NCBI GenBank assembly: GCA_964016885.1
Contig: OZ024752.1
Span: 32,240,001-32,304,000 of the forward strand
DNA: 64,000 nucleotides
DNA from: Eledone cirrhosa
Taxonomy: Eukaryota
Reading direction: 5' to 3'
Numbering within the stretch: the stretch's first letter is position 1; each line of letters starts with the position of its first letter. The notes beneath the pieces are model-generated. The model saw only the letters and a list, made by a program, of their open reading frames with translations, had not been told where the DNA came from and searched no databases. This document shows positions 1 to 13,380 of the stretch, in pieces. The position numbers and the translations under genes are program-made.

Positions 1-709
1 TATAGATTTTTTTTTTTTTTCTAAATAAAAACAAATTAACATTCATCAAACGAAACCAAAGAGAAAAAAAAAACTGAAATAACAAATAACCTCAATATAG
101 TCATATTTTAAAAACAACAAAAACACATACTACAGGCGAAAAAAAATATTGTTTATTGTTATTACTGCAGCTGCTACTAAAGGTTTCGTTATATCTAACG
201 ATGGTTTTTATTGATATAATTTACGTTACCTTGAATTGTGTGTGTATTTGTAAGAACTGTGTGGTTTTTTCTGGAATAAGGTACAATATATAACTATAGG
301 CATAGTGAAACATTACTGTAGGCTTCATAGAATCATAAGTGAAATAAAATATCGTTCAGTTTTACAGGTTTTTACATTGAAAATAATATCGATTTTTCTA
401 TTAACATAGCTTCAGACTTGTTGGAAGGGTGGTAGATTTTCCCTGTTTTTAATTTTATATTTCTTCTATTTTTTTTCCGTTTAATTCGTGTTGAAAGGTT
501 AATTTCAATCTAGTTTCCTTTCTAGCAAGTTCGATAACAAATGTATGGGGAAAATATTACGGCTTATTCTGTTTTCATGAAGCTGTTGTTAGTTAGATGA
601 AGTATGTCACAAAACACGGAGAGTTCCACCACCACCGTCTCTCACATAATCGGAAAAACTTCATTCGTATATAACTACATATTTTTACTTTTAGAATATT
701 TTATGTTAT

Positions 710-975
710 GAAGGCGCATGGTTTCGTGGTTAAAACCTTATGCTTGCAATTGGGAGATTGTGAGTTCGATCCTAGGACAGTGATGTGTTGTGTCCTTGAG
801 AAAGACACTTTATTTTGCGTTGCTCCAGTTTACTCGTCTGTAGAACTGAATTGCGATGTCACTGATGACAAATTGTATCGGCCTTTATCTTTCCCTTGGA
901 CAACATCAGTGGCGTGGAGAGAAGAGTATTTCTCATACTGGTTGGTGAGATCAAACTTCGTGTAGCAGTTAAAGA
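710..975 (+). mobile_element. CORE-SINE with an alternative 3' body; relatives at about 6380-6555(-), 7330-7482(-), 15070-15260(+) and 24795-25045(-)
   Basis: tRNA head and CORE domain followed by gtcactg..gccaagctgtatcggcctt...cccttggacaacatc. Confidence 0.75.
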
Positions 976-1234
976 ACAGTCGATGCTTATTTTTTTTATA
1001 TCTTCAAGAATCAGGGTAACAAGAGTAGTTATCTGTAGCGAGAGGTTCTCATACTCCCATTTCTGACATTTTTATTTCACGAAGTAGACGAAGTTTCACA
1101 ATGAAGTCAATAATTCTTAATTGAAGTTTGCGACTAAGTGGGTTTTTTTATAGCTGGAAGGTGTTGGATGGACGCACAAGGGTTGCGTATACTGAGACTC
1201 CAAAGAGGGCCTAGAAGGAAGCAAACGTTAGCAA

Positions 1235-2050
1235 TTGACAACTAGAAACGTTGCGGCCTTTACAGGTAAGGAGCAGGAACCAGTTGATGAGGTCAGATAC
1301 TACAGGCTAGATATAGTCAGGGTTTCCTCAACAAAGATCCCATGGCTTTGGTACTGTAGATTTGGATGTAGGGTGGAAACTCTACTACCAGGTCTGGTGC
1401 CTGAAAGGACTTCACGGGTGGGATTGGGGACACTTGCACGTCTACGACTGTCGGAATGTCTTATGGAATACATTCTAGTGGGAGGGAGGATTTGGTTGAA
1501 AGAAAGGTCTCCGAGGGTGGTGCAAGTTTATGCACCAAACAAAGAGTCCGAATATAGACCCTTCCTTGATGAAGTCACTGCAGTGTTAGATGTAGTTAAG
1601 ACTGAGTCATATATCCTAATGGAAAATTTCGATACATATGTTGATACTGACCACCTGACATGGAAAGGAGTGATTGGAGAGAACAAGGAATCTAAAGGTG
1701 AATGGAGAAGCCTTATTAGACTTCTGTTCTAATAATGGGCTATCTATTATAAACACCTTTCGTTAGCCCAAAGACATCCATAAATATATATGGTATAAGG
1801 GAAATCGAGGACTGAAATCAGAAATTGATTTTTTTTTTATTGTCTCTTTGGTTCTGTACTGTATCTTCGTGTTATGAGAGGGGCTGGGTTGTCAAATGAT
1901 CACCATCTAGTTATCTGCAACCTGAGATTAAAAATTCTAGAAAACTGGCAGCTCCAGCTCGACCTACAGGAAAAAGTAGGAAGCGCTGGCTGATTAGGAG
2001 GTGAGTCCAAGGTATACGGTTACAATTGTATCTAAATTCAGAGAACTACC
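1235..2050 (+). mobile_element. Degenerate LINE (RTE-like) apurinic endonuclease fragment
   Basis: Motifs RNV, LDIV, VVQVYAPN, ILMENFD (GDFN-like), TWKGVIG, then NNGLSIINTF, KDIHKYIW, SEIDF and SNDHHLV across frameshifts and stops. Confidence 0.8.
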
Positions 2051-2576
2051 TGAACAAACGGAGTACGTGTCGGCTTTAAGATCTTGAATGGGGCGGGCCA
2101 AGCTGTAGCTTATAGGTAAGTTCAGCACTTATTTGACGTATTCTCTACAAATAACCGATGTCTTACCGTTTATATATAATAAAATAGGAGATATTGAATT
2201 TACTAGAACTTGGCTAATGAAGTATTTTTTGTAGGAACTTGCTGAGGACGACAAGCCATGGCGTATATCAGACAGATTTGGGGTAACATATATCTTTTGT
2301 GGGAGCTAGCAGAGGAGGACAGGCCAAGACTATTATCAGACAGATTTGTGATAACATAAACTGCAATCCCTCTGTCCTGCCGAATATGATGAACAATAGA
2401 ATTGAATGGTGACAGAGAGTCGAGGGAATCCATGTAAACAGTGTGACCTATTCATTGATTGGAACTTGGTATCTCGAGTTTGCCTCTCTGAAGTTCTTAC
2501 ACAAATTAAATTCTACCATACAAATAAAGATGGCAATACTCCGTGGCGATGCCTTCAATATTTTGTCTGCAATACG

Positions 2577-3946
2577 CTGCTTCTTCTTCTTCTGCTTCTT
2601 CTTCTTCTGCTTCTTCTTCTTCTTCTTCTTCTTCTGCTTCTTCTTCTGCTTCTTCTTCTTCTTCTGCTTCTTCTTCTTCTGCTTCTTCTTCTTCTTCTTC
2701 TGCTGCTTCTTCTTCTTCTTCTGCTTCTTCTTCTTCTTCTGCTTCTTCTTCTTCTTCTGCTTCTTCTTCTTCTTCTTCTGCTTCTTCTTCTTCTTCTGCT
2801 TCTTCTTCTTCTTCTGCTTCTTCTGTTTCTTCTGCTTCTTCTTCTGCTTCTTCTTCTTCTTCTTCTTCTTCTTCTTCTGCTTCTTCTTCTTCTTCTTCTT
2901 CTTCTGCTTCTTCTTCTTCTTCTGCTTCTGCTTCTTCTTCTTCTTCTGCTTCTTCTGCTTCTTCTGCTTCTTCTTCTTCTTCTGTTTCTTCTGCTTCTTC
3001 TGCTTCTTCTGCTTCTTCTGCTTCTTCTGCTTCTTCTTCTTCTGCTTCTTCTGCTTCTTCTGCTTCTTCTGCTTCTTCTTCTGCTTCTTCTTCTGCTTCT
3101 GCTTCTGCTTCTTCTTCTTCTTCTTCTTCTTCTTCTGCTTCTGCTTCTTCTTCTGCTTCTTCTGCTTCTTCTGCTTCTGCTGCTTCTTCTGCTTCTTCTT
3201 CTTCTTCTTCTGCTTCTGCTTCTTCTGCTTCTGCTTCTGCTTCTTCTTCTTCTGCTTCTGCTTCTTCTTCTGCTTCTTCTTCTGCTTCTTCTGCTTCTTC
3301 TTCTTCTGCTTCTTCTTCTGCTTCTTCTGCTTCTTCTTCTTCTTCTTCTGCTTCTTCTTCTTCTGCTTCTTCTTCTTCTTCTTCTGCTTCTTCTTCTTCT
3401 TCTTCTGCTTCTTCTGCTTCTTCTGCTTCTTCTTCTTCTGCTTCTTCTGCTTCTTCTTCTGCTTCTTCTGCTTCTTCTTCTTCTGCTTCTTCTGCTTCTT
3501 CTTCTTCTTCTTCTGCTTCTTCTGCTTCTTCTTCTTCTTCTTCTGCTTCTTCTGCTTCTTCTGCTTCTGCTTCTTCTTCTGCTTCTGCTTCTGCTTCTTC
3601 TTCTGCTTCTGCTTCTGCTTCTGCTTCTTCTTCTGCTTCTTCTTCTTCTTCTTCTTCTGCTTCTTCTTCTTCTTCTGCTTCTGCTTCTTCTTCTTCTGCT
3701 TCTTCTTCTTCTGCTTCTTCTTCTGCTTCTTCTTCTTCTGCTTCTTCTTCTGCTTCTTCTGCTTCTTCTTCTGCTTCTTCTTCTTCTGCTTCTTCTTCTG
3801 CTTCTTCTGCTTCTTCTTCTTCTGCTTCTTCTTCTTCTTCTGCTTCTTCTTCTGCTTCTTCTGCTTCTTATTCTTCTTCTGCTTCTTCTTATTCTTCTTC
3901 TGCTTCTTCTTCTGCTTCTTCTGCTTCTGCTGCTTCTTCTTCTTCT
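2577..3946. repeat. 1.37-kb compound (CTT)n/(CTG) trinucleotide repeat
   Basis: Directly visible. It produces the poly-L/F/S/R ORFs. Confidence 0.98.
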
Positions 3947-4100
3947 GGTCGTGGGGGCACAGTCCTCAAACACTCCCTCCAGCGGGTACTGTCAGAAGCA
4001 ACCGTCTCCAACTGATCCGGGTGGATCCCCAAGTGAAACCAGCTAAGCTCATACATGTTATCCAACCATCTTGCTCGGGGGTCTACCCCTGGGGTTAGGA
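3947..4100 (-). mobile_element. 3' end of an RTE-like LINE; related fragments at about 8040-8200 and 42460-42710
   Basis: PRARWLDNMYELSWFHLGIHPDQLETVASDSTRWRECLRTVPPRP is an RTE C-terminal pattern and runs straight into the GAA-type tail. Confidence 0.75.
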
Positions 4101-7100
4101 CAGGACGCAGCTGAGAAATACAGCTCAAACTGGGGGCGGGGTAGTGACTGTCACTCCCTCTGTCCCTTCGTTTCGTTGTTTTAATTTCTTCTTTAATATT
4201 CTTTCTTTCCTTTTTCTTAATAAAGAAGAAGAAAGCTCTCTTTATACAAGAGAGATAACTCATGACACATTAAGATTCATAAGTAACAACTCTTTACGTA
4301 CGATTCTGAATCCATGGGAAATAATTCTGAATATAAGGGAGATAACTCCAAAATTTGTATCAAAACCGGCTTTAATTTAAGCCATGTGGCTTAAATTAAC
4401 TTTATTATATTTTCAGTATGATTAAAAAAATATATCTTAACATTCTGTACTGATAAGAAATTATTTGATGGGATGAGATTTCAGCAAATCACTGCAATAT
4501 ATTCGGCAGCTGTTGTTTTACTAATAAAATTGATATCCATATCCAGACCTGTCCTTCCTTAGCCCTTCTCCATTTCATATTTATTTATATTGATTTCAGA
4601 ATATTACGTTTCTATCTATTATCTTCCTCCAGACTGTCTTATTGAATATCTCTACCTCTGCCTCTTAATGTATATTTTACGTGATGTGGGGTGGCTGTTG
4701 CAGCGGGTCTCTCTGGTCTTTCTCCGCGGTAACACCTTTGCCACTTTGTCTATGGTGTAGCTGAAACACTGCTCTGACTGGGGTGTAGTGTCTGTACCTC
4801 ATCATTTCCCTTTCTTTCGTTGCTTACTTTTTTTCTTCTTTCCATTTCCTTTTTTTTTTTTTTTTTTTTTTTTTTTTGTTCCCTTTAATAATTGTTTCTA
4901 CTTTAGGCACAAGGCCAACAAATACCCAGTGCATTACTGGTACTTTATTTTATCGACCCCGTAAGGATGAAAGGCAAAGTTAACCTCGGCGGGATTTGAA
5001 CTCGGACCGTAAATAATGGTTTCTGATTTAGGCACAAGGCCAACAATTTTGGGGGGGAGGGAGAGTCGATTAAATCGACCCCAGTACATTACTGGTACTT
5101 TATTTTATCCCCCCCCACCCCCGTAATGCTGAATGGCAAAGTTAACCTCGACAGGATAATAATGAGAAGCGTTGGATGGATACACACAGATAACATATCC
5201 CGAGACCCCCCCCCCCCCTTAAAAAGTGTATTTTATTTTTGTATAAACAGCTTTACACTTGTTCTGAGTCCCCAAAACTAATCTTCTGTATTTCGAACAT
5301 TCTGCAATATTTGATAGATCCTACAATGAGACTTAGTTCCTGAAAATCTCTCAAACAATAAACTCCATTGATAAAACAACTCTTTATATTTGGTGATCAC
5401 ATAGAAACAAACGAAATAATTTATGTGCACAGAAAAGTGTATTTTAAACATGTGAAATGTAGGGATTCTTTGTTGCCAGTATAAATGCAAGTCATTTCAT
5501 ATTCAAGTGTCTTTTGTGGTTATGAAGACGGAAGAGAAAGACGAGGGATCTAGTGTCACAGAAGAATGGGTAGAGTGATGGGATCTGAGCCTAGGGCGCG
5601 ATCATATTTTAAATTCCATTTAAACTTCAAATAGTCAAATGTTGATTAAAATGTTGAGATCAGCAGCAATATTATGAATAATTGTTTCTACTTTAGTCAC
5701 AAGGCCAGTAATTTGGGGGAGTGGAGTCAATTAAATCGACCCCAGCGCATTACTGGTACTTTATTTTATCGACCCCCATAAGAATGAAAGGCAAAGCTAA
5801 GCTCGGCAGGATTTGAACTCAGAACGTTCATTATAAATAATGGTTTCTTATATAGGCACAAGGCCAGCAATTTTGGGGGAAGAGAAAGTCGATTAAATCG
5901 ACCCCAGTGCATTACTGGTACTTTATTTTATCGGCCCCGTAAGGATGAAAGGCAAAGTTAACCTCGGCGGGATTTGAACTCGGATCATAAAAATCCATAA
6001 CTCCATGTTGCAAAGCATGGTGTCTGACGCTCTACCGATTCTGCCAAACCACCGCCCTTCATTATGAATAATAAAATATGTGGTGGATTGGCAGTATCGG
6101 TAGAGTGTCGGACGCCATGCTTTCCAGCATAGTTACGTCCCTTTACGGTCTGAGTTCAAATCCCGCCGAGGTTGACTTTGCCTTTCATCCTTACGGGGTC
6201 GATAAAATAAAAGTACCAGTAATGCACTGGGTATTTGCTGGCCTTGTGCCTAAAGTAGAAACAATTATGAATAATAAAATAAAATAGCAGTAGATATATA
6301 TACATCACCCTACGTCGTTAATTAGCTCCACAGGTCAAGTATTATGTCGAATTAAACCCCTCCCCCATCTCTGTAAATACCCCGTCGGTCACAGATGACC
6401 ATGGGAGTTCCTCCTCTGAGGTACAAGTCCGAGCGAGACTGTTTGTGGAAGACCAGTCGTCGCCCATGAATAGCAATTTCCCTTCTACACATCACCGATG
6501 TTGTCCAAGGGAAAGGCAATAGCTGATACAGCTTGGTACAAGGGACGTCGCAACTAATATATACACTATATATACATTAAATGATGCACAGTTGTATATA
6601 TACACTATGTATTTTATATACGAGCTTGACTTTGCCTTTCATCCTACGGGGTCGATAAAATAAAGCACCAGGGTAATTGCTGGCCTTGTGCGAAAAGTAG
6701 AAACAATGTGTACAGTTGTATATATACACTATATATATATATATATATATATATACAATATCGGAGAAAGCTTTTTAGCGATACTCCGGCCAAATTCCAA
6801 CTCACTCAACTAACATTAGGAAATAAGTGATTATATTCCCAATTATGTGTTCGGGGTGCTAACTAAAAGTATTGCGTGGAAAATAGGCTGTATTATTTCA
6901 AATGAGACATATCTAATATATCTCTTCCCAGACGGTCGTCTCGTTTCATTATAGGATTCCTACAATTTGGGTGAAATTATACCAATTTATGTAGGAGCTT
7001 CAATAGATATATATTCAAGTGGGCTCCTATAATTCATCAGTGGGTGCCCCAATAATACTAATATTGATAATCTAACCAACATCAGCATTTAGCGATAATC

Positions 7101-7279
7101 ACTTTCTGTGCCTGAGGTATCTGTCAGGTAGCCAGTCCAGCAGTTCTGAATGAAGTGCTCGAACTGATTAAAAAAATGAGGAAGTGTCCCTTGGACAACA
7201 TATATATCTGATACAGCTTGGCACAAGGGACGTCGCAATTAATATACACGCTCTATATACGTTATATTATGTACAGTTG

Positions 7280-7321
<42 letters not shown>

Positions 7322-8195
7322 CATGTGTGTGTGTGTTGTCCAAGGGAAAGACAAAGGCCGATATAGCTTGGCAGCAATGTGTCGCAACTCATTTCTACAG
7401 CTGAGTAAACTGAAGCAACATGAAATAAAAATGTTTTAATCAAGAACACAACACACAGCCCGGTCCGGGATCCGAACTCGCCACTAATAGGCATTCCCCC
7501 ATTGCTGTACTTTCGCTTGCTGCCACTTCTACTCTAGAGCTGTGCATTTCATTTTAGCGAGTTACGTATTACTGGCCGGGTGTATTTTCTCTCGCCCTCT
7601 GATTCATCTGTCTGTTGGCCTGTTCTCCTCTGTTTTATTATCATTATACCAGTAGAAATGTTTATCTATTTTTTTTTTTTTTTGCTGCACGAGCTGGCAT
7701 AGGAAATGGTGGTCCTCCTCATTTACTCGTGCAAAACTAGAAGCCATATTGAGAGTTAATGAAGTCAGATGCGTCTGTCGTTTTGTATCGTCTGGCAAAG
7801 TTTGTAACTTTAATCTCCACTCTTAGTGTAGCCTTAATCTCCATTTGTCTTCCTTCTTATCACTCCTACGTACCAGTACACTCCTCTCTCAAAAATATAT
7901 ACGTTTCATCTACATTTCACCCACCACACAACTTTGTCACTGTTTTCCTTGCGTTTCAGTTTCTAACTTATTTCTATATATTTTATATTTACTTATTCTA
8001 GCTGGCCAGAACATCCTGTAAGTCTATTTGTTCCAGCTCTGTGTTCTAAGAGAGCGCACAGTTCTTAGCCATGCCTTCCACTGGGTCCTGTCAAAAACAA
8101 AGCTTCAGCTGAATCGTCAAGCGAGACCAGTCAAGCTCATGGATGTTATCCAACCATCTTGCTCGGAGTCTCCTGTCGGCTAGTTTTGCCCATAA

Positions 8196-9355
8196 AATCT
8201 GTCCAGCGATTCTTTCCGGAGACATTCTCACCACATGTCCGTAGTAATGGAACTGTGATCTCTCAAATCTGTCCAGCGATTCTCTCCTGGGACATTCTCC
8301 CTACACGTCCGTAGTATCTGAGCTGTGATCTCTCAAATCTGTCCAGCGATTCTTTCCTTAGACATTCTAACCACATGTTGCAGTATCTAAGTTGTGATCT
8401 CTCAAACGATTCTTTCCCGAGACATTCTAACCACATGTCCGTAGTATCTGAGCTGTGATCTCTCAAATCTGTCCAGCAATTCTTTCCTGAGACATTCTAA
8501 CCACATGCCCGTAGTATCTGAGGTGTGATCTCTCAAATCTGTCAAGCTATTCTTTCTTGGTACATTCTAACCACATGCCCGTAGTATGAGCTGTGATCTC
8601 TCAAATCTGTCCAGCAATTCTTTCCTGAAACATTCTAACCACACGCCCATAGTATGAGCTGTGATCTCTCAAATCTGTCCAGCAATTCTTTCCTGAGACA
8701 TTCTAACCACATGCCCGTAGTATGAGCTGTGATCTCTCAAATCTGTCCAGCAATTCTTTCCTGAGACATTCTAACCACACGCCCGTAGTATGAGCTGTGA
8801 TCTCTCAAATCTGTCCAGCAATTCTTTCCTGAGACATTCTCACCACACGCCCGTAGTATGAGCTGTGATCTCTCAAATCTGTCCAGCAATTCTTTCCTGA
8901 GACATTCTAACCACACGCCCGTAGTATGAGCTGTGATCTCTCAAATCTGTCCAGCAATTCTTTCCTGAGACATTCTCACCACATGCCCGTAGTATGAGCT
9001 GTGATCTCTCAAATCTGTCCAGCAATTCTTTCCTGAAACATTCTAACCACATGCCCGTAGTATGAGCTGTGATCTCTCAAATCTGTCCAGCAATTCTTTC
9101 CTGAGACATTCTCACCACACGCCCGTAGTATGAGCTGTGATCTCTCAAATCTGTCCAGCAATTCTTTCCTGAGACATTCTAACCACACGCCCGTAGTATG
9201 AGCTGTGATCTCTCAAATCTGTCCAGCAATTCTTTCCTGAGACATTCTAACCACATGCCCGTAGTATCTGAGGTGTGATCTCTCAAATCTGTCAAGCTAT
9301 TCTTTCTTGGGACATTCTCACCACACGTCCGTAGTATGAGCTGTGATCTCTTAAA
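8196..9355. repeat. 68-70-bp minisatellite, about 17 copies, derived from RTE LINE coding sequence
   Basis: Unit gagctgtgatctctcaaatctgtccagcaattctttcctgagacattctaaccacatgcccgtagtat. The minus strand reads ERSQLRYYGRVGRMSQERIAGQI. Confidence 0.92.
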
Positions 9356-10022
9356 TCTCTATAATGATCTTCTCTCACATATAATCAATAGAACTGATCA
9401 TCCATTTATGGATACCTCTGGTTAAGGAAAAGTCAAGCAATTTATTTTATATATGCCCCATCCCCTCGCTCAACCTCTCCGTTCGTTAAAACGTTGATGA
9501 TGATGATATCTACATTAGTGCATGGATAAAGAAATAATTAAAGGTTTCTTATATAGGCACAAGGCCAGCAATTTTGGGGGAAGTGAAAGTCGATTAAATC
9601 GACACCAGTTCGTCACTGGTACTTTATTTTATCGAGCCCATACGGACGAAAGGCAAAGTTAACCATGGCAGGATTTGAACTCGGATCATAAAGGGCCGTT
9701 ACTCTTTGCTGCAAAGCATGGCGTTCGACCCTCTACCGATACTGCCAATCCAAGGCAAAAGGCCAACAAGGAGGAGAAAGTTTATTAAGTTGACCCTAGT
9801 GCATTACTGGTACTTATTTTATAAGCTTGAAAGGAAATGTTGACATTGACAAGATTTGAACTCAGAGCGTGAAGCATATTGTCCGTCACTCTACCGATAC
9901 TGCCAATGTTACAGCTAGGATTCCAGCAGCTTATGTTGGTTGATTAGATTCAGCTCAAATTTGAACAAGAAATCTATGATCAGAAGTGATCTTTTTGTAT
10001 ATCTGGAGATATATCTTTTAAA

Positions 10023-12537
10023 ACAGTAAGATGAATTTGAAGGATATTTAGCTGTAGTTTCTAGCAGGCTGAATGATCACATAAAGGTTATATTGTAAAC
10101 ACTAGCAGCCTATGTTACTGAGCTTGCTGACCTATATATCAGGACCAGAAACTTAAGCGAAACAAATACAACAGTAAGATGAATTTGAAGGATATTTGGC
10201 TGTAGTTTCTAGCAGGCTGAATGATCACATAAAGGTTATATTGTAAACACTAGCAGCCTATGTTACTGAGCTTGCTGACCTATATATCAGGACCAGAAAC
10301 TTAAGTGTAACAAATACAACAGTAAGATGAATTTGAAGGATATTTAGCTGTAGTTTCTAGCAGGTTGTGATCACATAAAGGTTATATTGTAAACACTAGC
10401 AGCCTATGTTACTGAGCTTGCTGACCTATATATCAGGACCAGAAACTTAAGTGTAACAAATACAACAGTAAGATGAATTTGAAGGATATTTAGCTGTAGT
10501 TTCTAGCAGGCTGAATGATCACATAAAGGTTATATTGTAAACACTAGCAGCCTATGTTACTGAGCTTGCTGACCTATATATCAGGACCAGAAACTTAAGT
10601 GAAACAAATACAACAGTAAGATGAATTTGAAGGATATTTAGCTGTAGTTTCTAGCAGGCTGAATGATCACATAAAGGTTATATTGTAAACACTAGCAGCC
10701 TATGTTACTGAGCTTGCTGACCTATATATCAGGACCAGAAACTTAAGTGTAACAAATACAACAGTAAGATGAATTTGAAGGATATTTAGCTGTAGTTTCT
10801 AGCAGGCTGAATGATCACATAAAGGTTATATTGTAAACACTAGCAGCCTATGTTACTGAGCTTGCTGACCTATATATCAGGACCAGAAACTTAAGTGAAA
10901 CAAATACAACAGTAAGATGAATTTGAAGGATATTTAGCTGTAGTTTCTAGCAGGCTGAATGATCACATAAAGGTTATATTGTAAACACTAGCAGCCTATG
11001 TTACTGAGCTTGCTGACCTATATATCAGGACCAGAAACTTAAGTGTAACAAATACAACAGTAAGATGAATTTGAAGGATATTTAGCTGTAGTTTCTAGCA
11101 GGCTGAATGATCACATAAAGGTTATATTGTAAACACTAGCAGCCTATGTTACTGAGCTTGCTGACCTATATATCAGGACCAGAAACTTAAGTGAAACAAA
11201 TACAACAGTAAGATGAATTTGAAGGATATTTAGCTGTAGTTTCTAGCAGGCTGAATGATCACATAAAGGTTATATTGTAAACACTAGCAGCCTATGTTAC
11301 TGAGCTTGCTGACCTATATATCAGGACCAGAAACTTAAGTGTAACAAATACAACAGTAAGATGAATTTGAAGGATATTTAGCTGTAGTTTCTAGCAGGCT
11401 GAATGATCACATAAAGGTTATATTGTAAACACTAGCAGCCTATGTTACTGAGCTTGCTGACCTATATATCAGGACCAGAAACTTAAGTGAAACAAATACA
11501 ACAGTAAGATGAATTTGAAGGATATTTAGCTGTAGTTTCTAGCAGGCTGAATGATCACATAAAGGTTATATTGTAAACACTAGCAGCCTATGTTACTGAG
11601 CTTGCTGACCTATATATCAGGACCAGAAACTTAAGTGTAACAAATACAACAGTAAGATGAATTTGAAGGATATTTAGCTGTAGTTTCTAGCAGGCTGAAT
11701 GATCACATAAAGGTTATATTGTAAACACTAGCAGCCTATGTTACTGAGCTTGCTGACCTATATATCAGGACCAGAAACTTAAGTGAAACAAATACAACAG
11801 TAAGATGAATTTGAAGGATATTTAGCTGTAGTTTCTAGCAGGCTGAATGATCACATAAAGGTTATATTGTAAACACTAGCAGCCTATGTTACTGAGCTTG
11901 CTGACCTATATATCAGGACCAGAAACTTAAGTGTAACAAATACAACAGTAAGATGAATTTGAAGGATATTTAGCTGTAGTTTCTAGCAGGCTGAATGATC
12001 ACATAAAGGTTATATTGTAAACACTAGCAGCCTATGTTACTGAGCTTGCTGACCTATATATCAGGACCAGAAACTTAAGTGTAACAAATACAACAGTAAG
12101 ATGAATTTGAAGGATATTTAGCTGTAGTTTCTAGCAGGCTGAATGATCACATAAAGGTTATATTGTAAACACTAGCAGCCTATGTTACTGAGCTTGCTGA
12201 CCTATATATCAGGACCAGAAACTTAAGTGTAACAAATACAACAGTAAGATGAATTTGAAGGATATTTAGCTGTAGTTTCTAGCAGGCTGAATGATCACAT
12301 AAAGGTTATATTGTAAACACTAGCAGCCTATGTTACTGAGCTTGCTGACCTATATATCAGGACCAGAAACTTAAGTGAAACAAATACAACAGTAAGATGA
12401 ATTTGAAGGATATTTAGCTGTAGTTTCTAGCAGGCTGAATGATCACATAAAGGTTATATTGTAAACACTAGCAGCCTATGTTACTGAGCTTGCTGACCTA
12501 TATATCAGGACCAGAAACTTAAGTGTAACAAATACAA
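10023..12537. repeat. 148-bp satellite array, 17 nearly identical copies
   Basis: acagtaagatgaatttgaagg recurs at 10023, 10171, 10319, 10465, 10613 and onward. Confidence 0.97.
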
Positions 12538-13189
12538 TTTTCCCAGTAATTAATTTGGTTTCTTTCATTTGTTTTTACAAACCTTTCAGTTCTTGCTTGT
12601 TACTCAATAGATGAGCAAATGTGTTTTCTTGATACATACAAACAATGAACCTGTTTGACTTGTTCATCTAGTTCATCGTAACCTTGCCAACCACATTATA
12701 TTCAGCATCTTCACTGGACATACAAACATAATAGATCTCTCTCTAAAACCTTATTTTGTCTGCTTACCTAAACATTGGAGCTGAGCTGAGCTGTATCTGG
12801 TTGAATCAATAGACTATTCTTATCTTACCAGTTGAAGAGTTCCTGGTTTATTTCTTGCCTTCAACACACCAGTCTGTCCTTGAGAGTAAACCAATGTTGA
12901 AGTTAGGACATAAGCTAAATAAACTACAGTTAAGGGTCTCTTGATCCACAGCTGCTTCAAAAGCATTGTTTCTAACATAGGCACAAAACTAGAAATTTGC
13001 AGGGAGGAAAGGTAAAGTCAATTAAATCGACCCTAGTGTTTTACTGGTACTATATTTCATTGACCCTGGAAGGATGAAAGGCAAAGTTAACGATGGTAGG
13101 ATTTTAATTTAGAACATAAAGGGCCATAACTCTATGCTATAAAGCATGTTGTCTGATGCTACTAACTCTCTGCCATAGTTAGTTATATA

Positions 13190-13380
13190 TAATTGTTTCT
13201 ACTTTAGGCACAAGGCCAGCAATTACCCAGTGCATTACTGGTACTTTATTTTATCGACCCCCGTAAGGATGAAAGGCAAAGTCAACCTCGGCAGGATTTG
13301 AACTCAGATCGTAAAGGGACGTAACTATGCTGGAAAGCATGGCGTCCGACCCTCTACCGATACTGCCAATCCACCGCCCT
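13190..13380 (-). mobile_element. tRNA-derived SINE family A (representative of about 40 full or partial copies in the window)
   Basis: Head with A box TGGCAGTATCGG and B box GAGTTCAAATCC. Central GACTTTGCCTTTCATCCTTACGGGGTCGATAAAATAAAGTACCAG resembles the Meta/MESC conserved SINE domain (from memory, unverified). Tail GGCCTTGTGCCTAAAGTAGAAACAATTAT. Other copies include 6078-6270(+), 21100-21290, 31578-31795(+), 39777-39966, 41960-42148, 42727-42918, 54610-54795(+), 55317-55505, 60361-60552(+) and 62148-62328. Confidence 0.9.

Noticed and set aside
2406-4098. Four ORFs of 470-550 aa (poly-L, poly-F/C, poly-S/A, poly-R/S)
   Set aside because: They are translations of a stop-free trinucleotide repeat, open in several frames on both strands.
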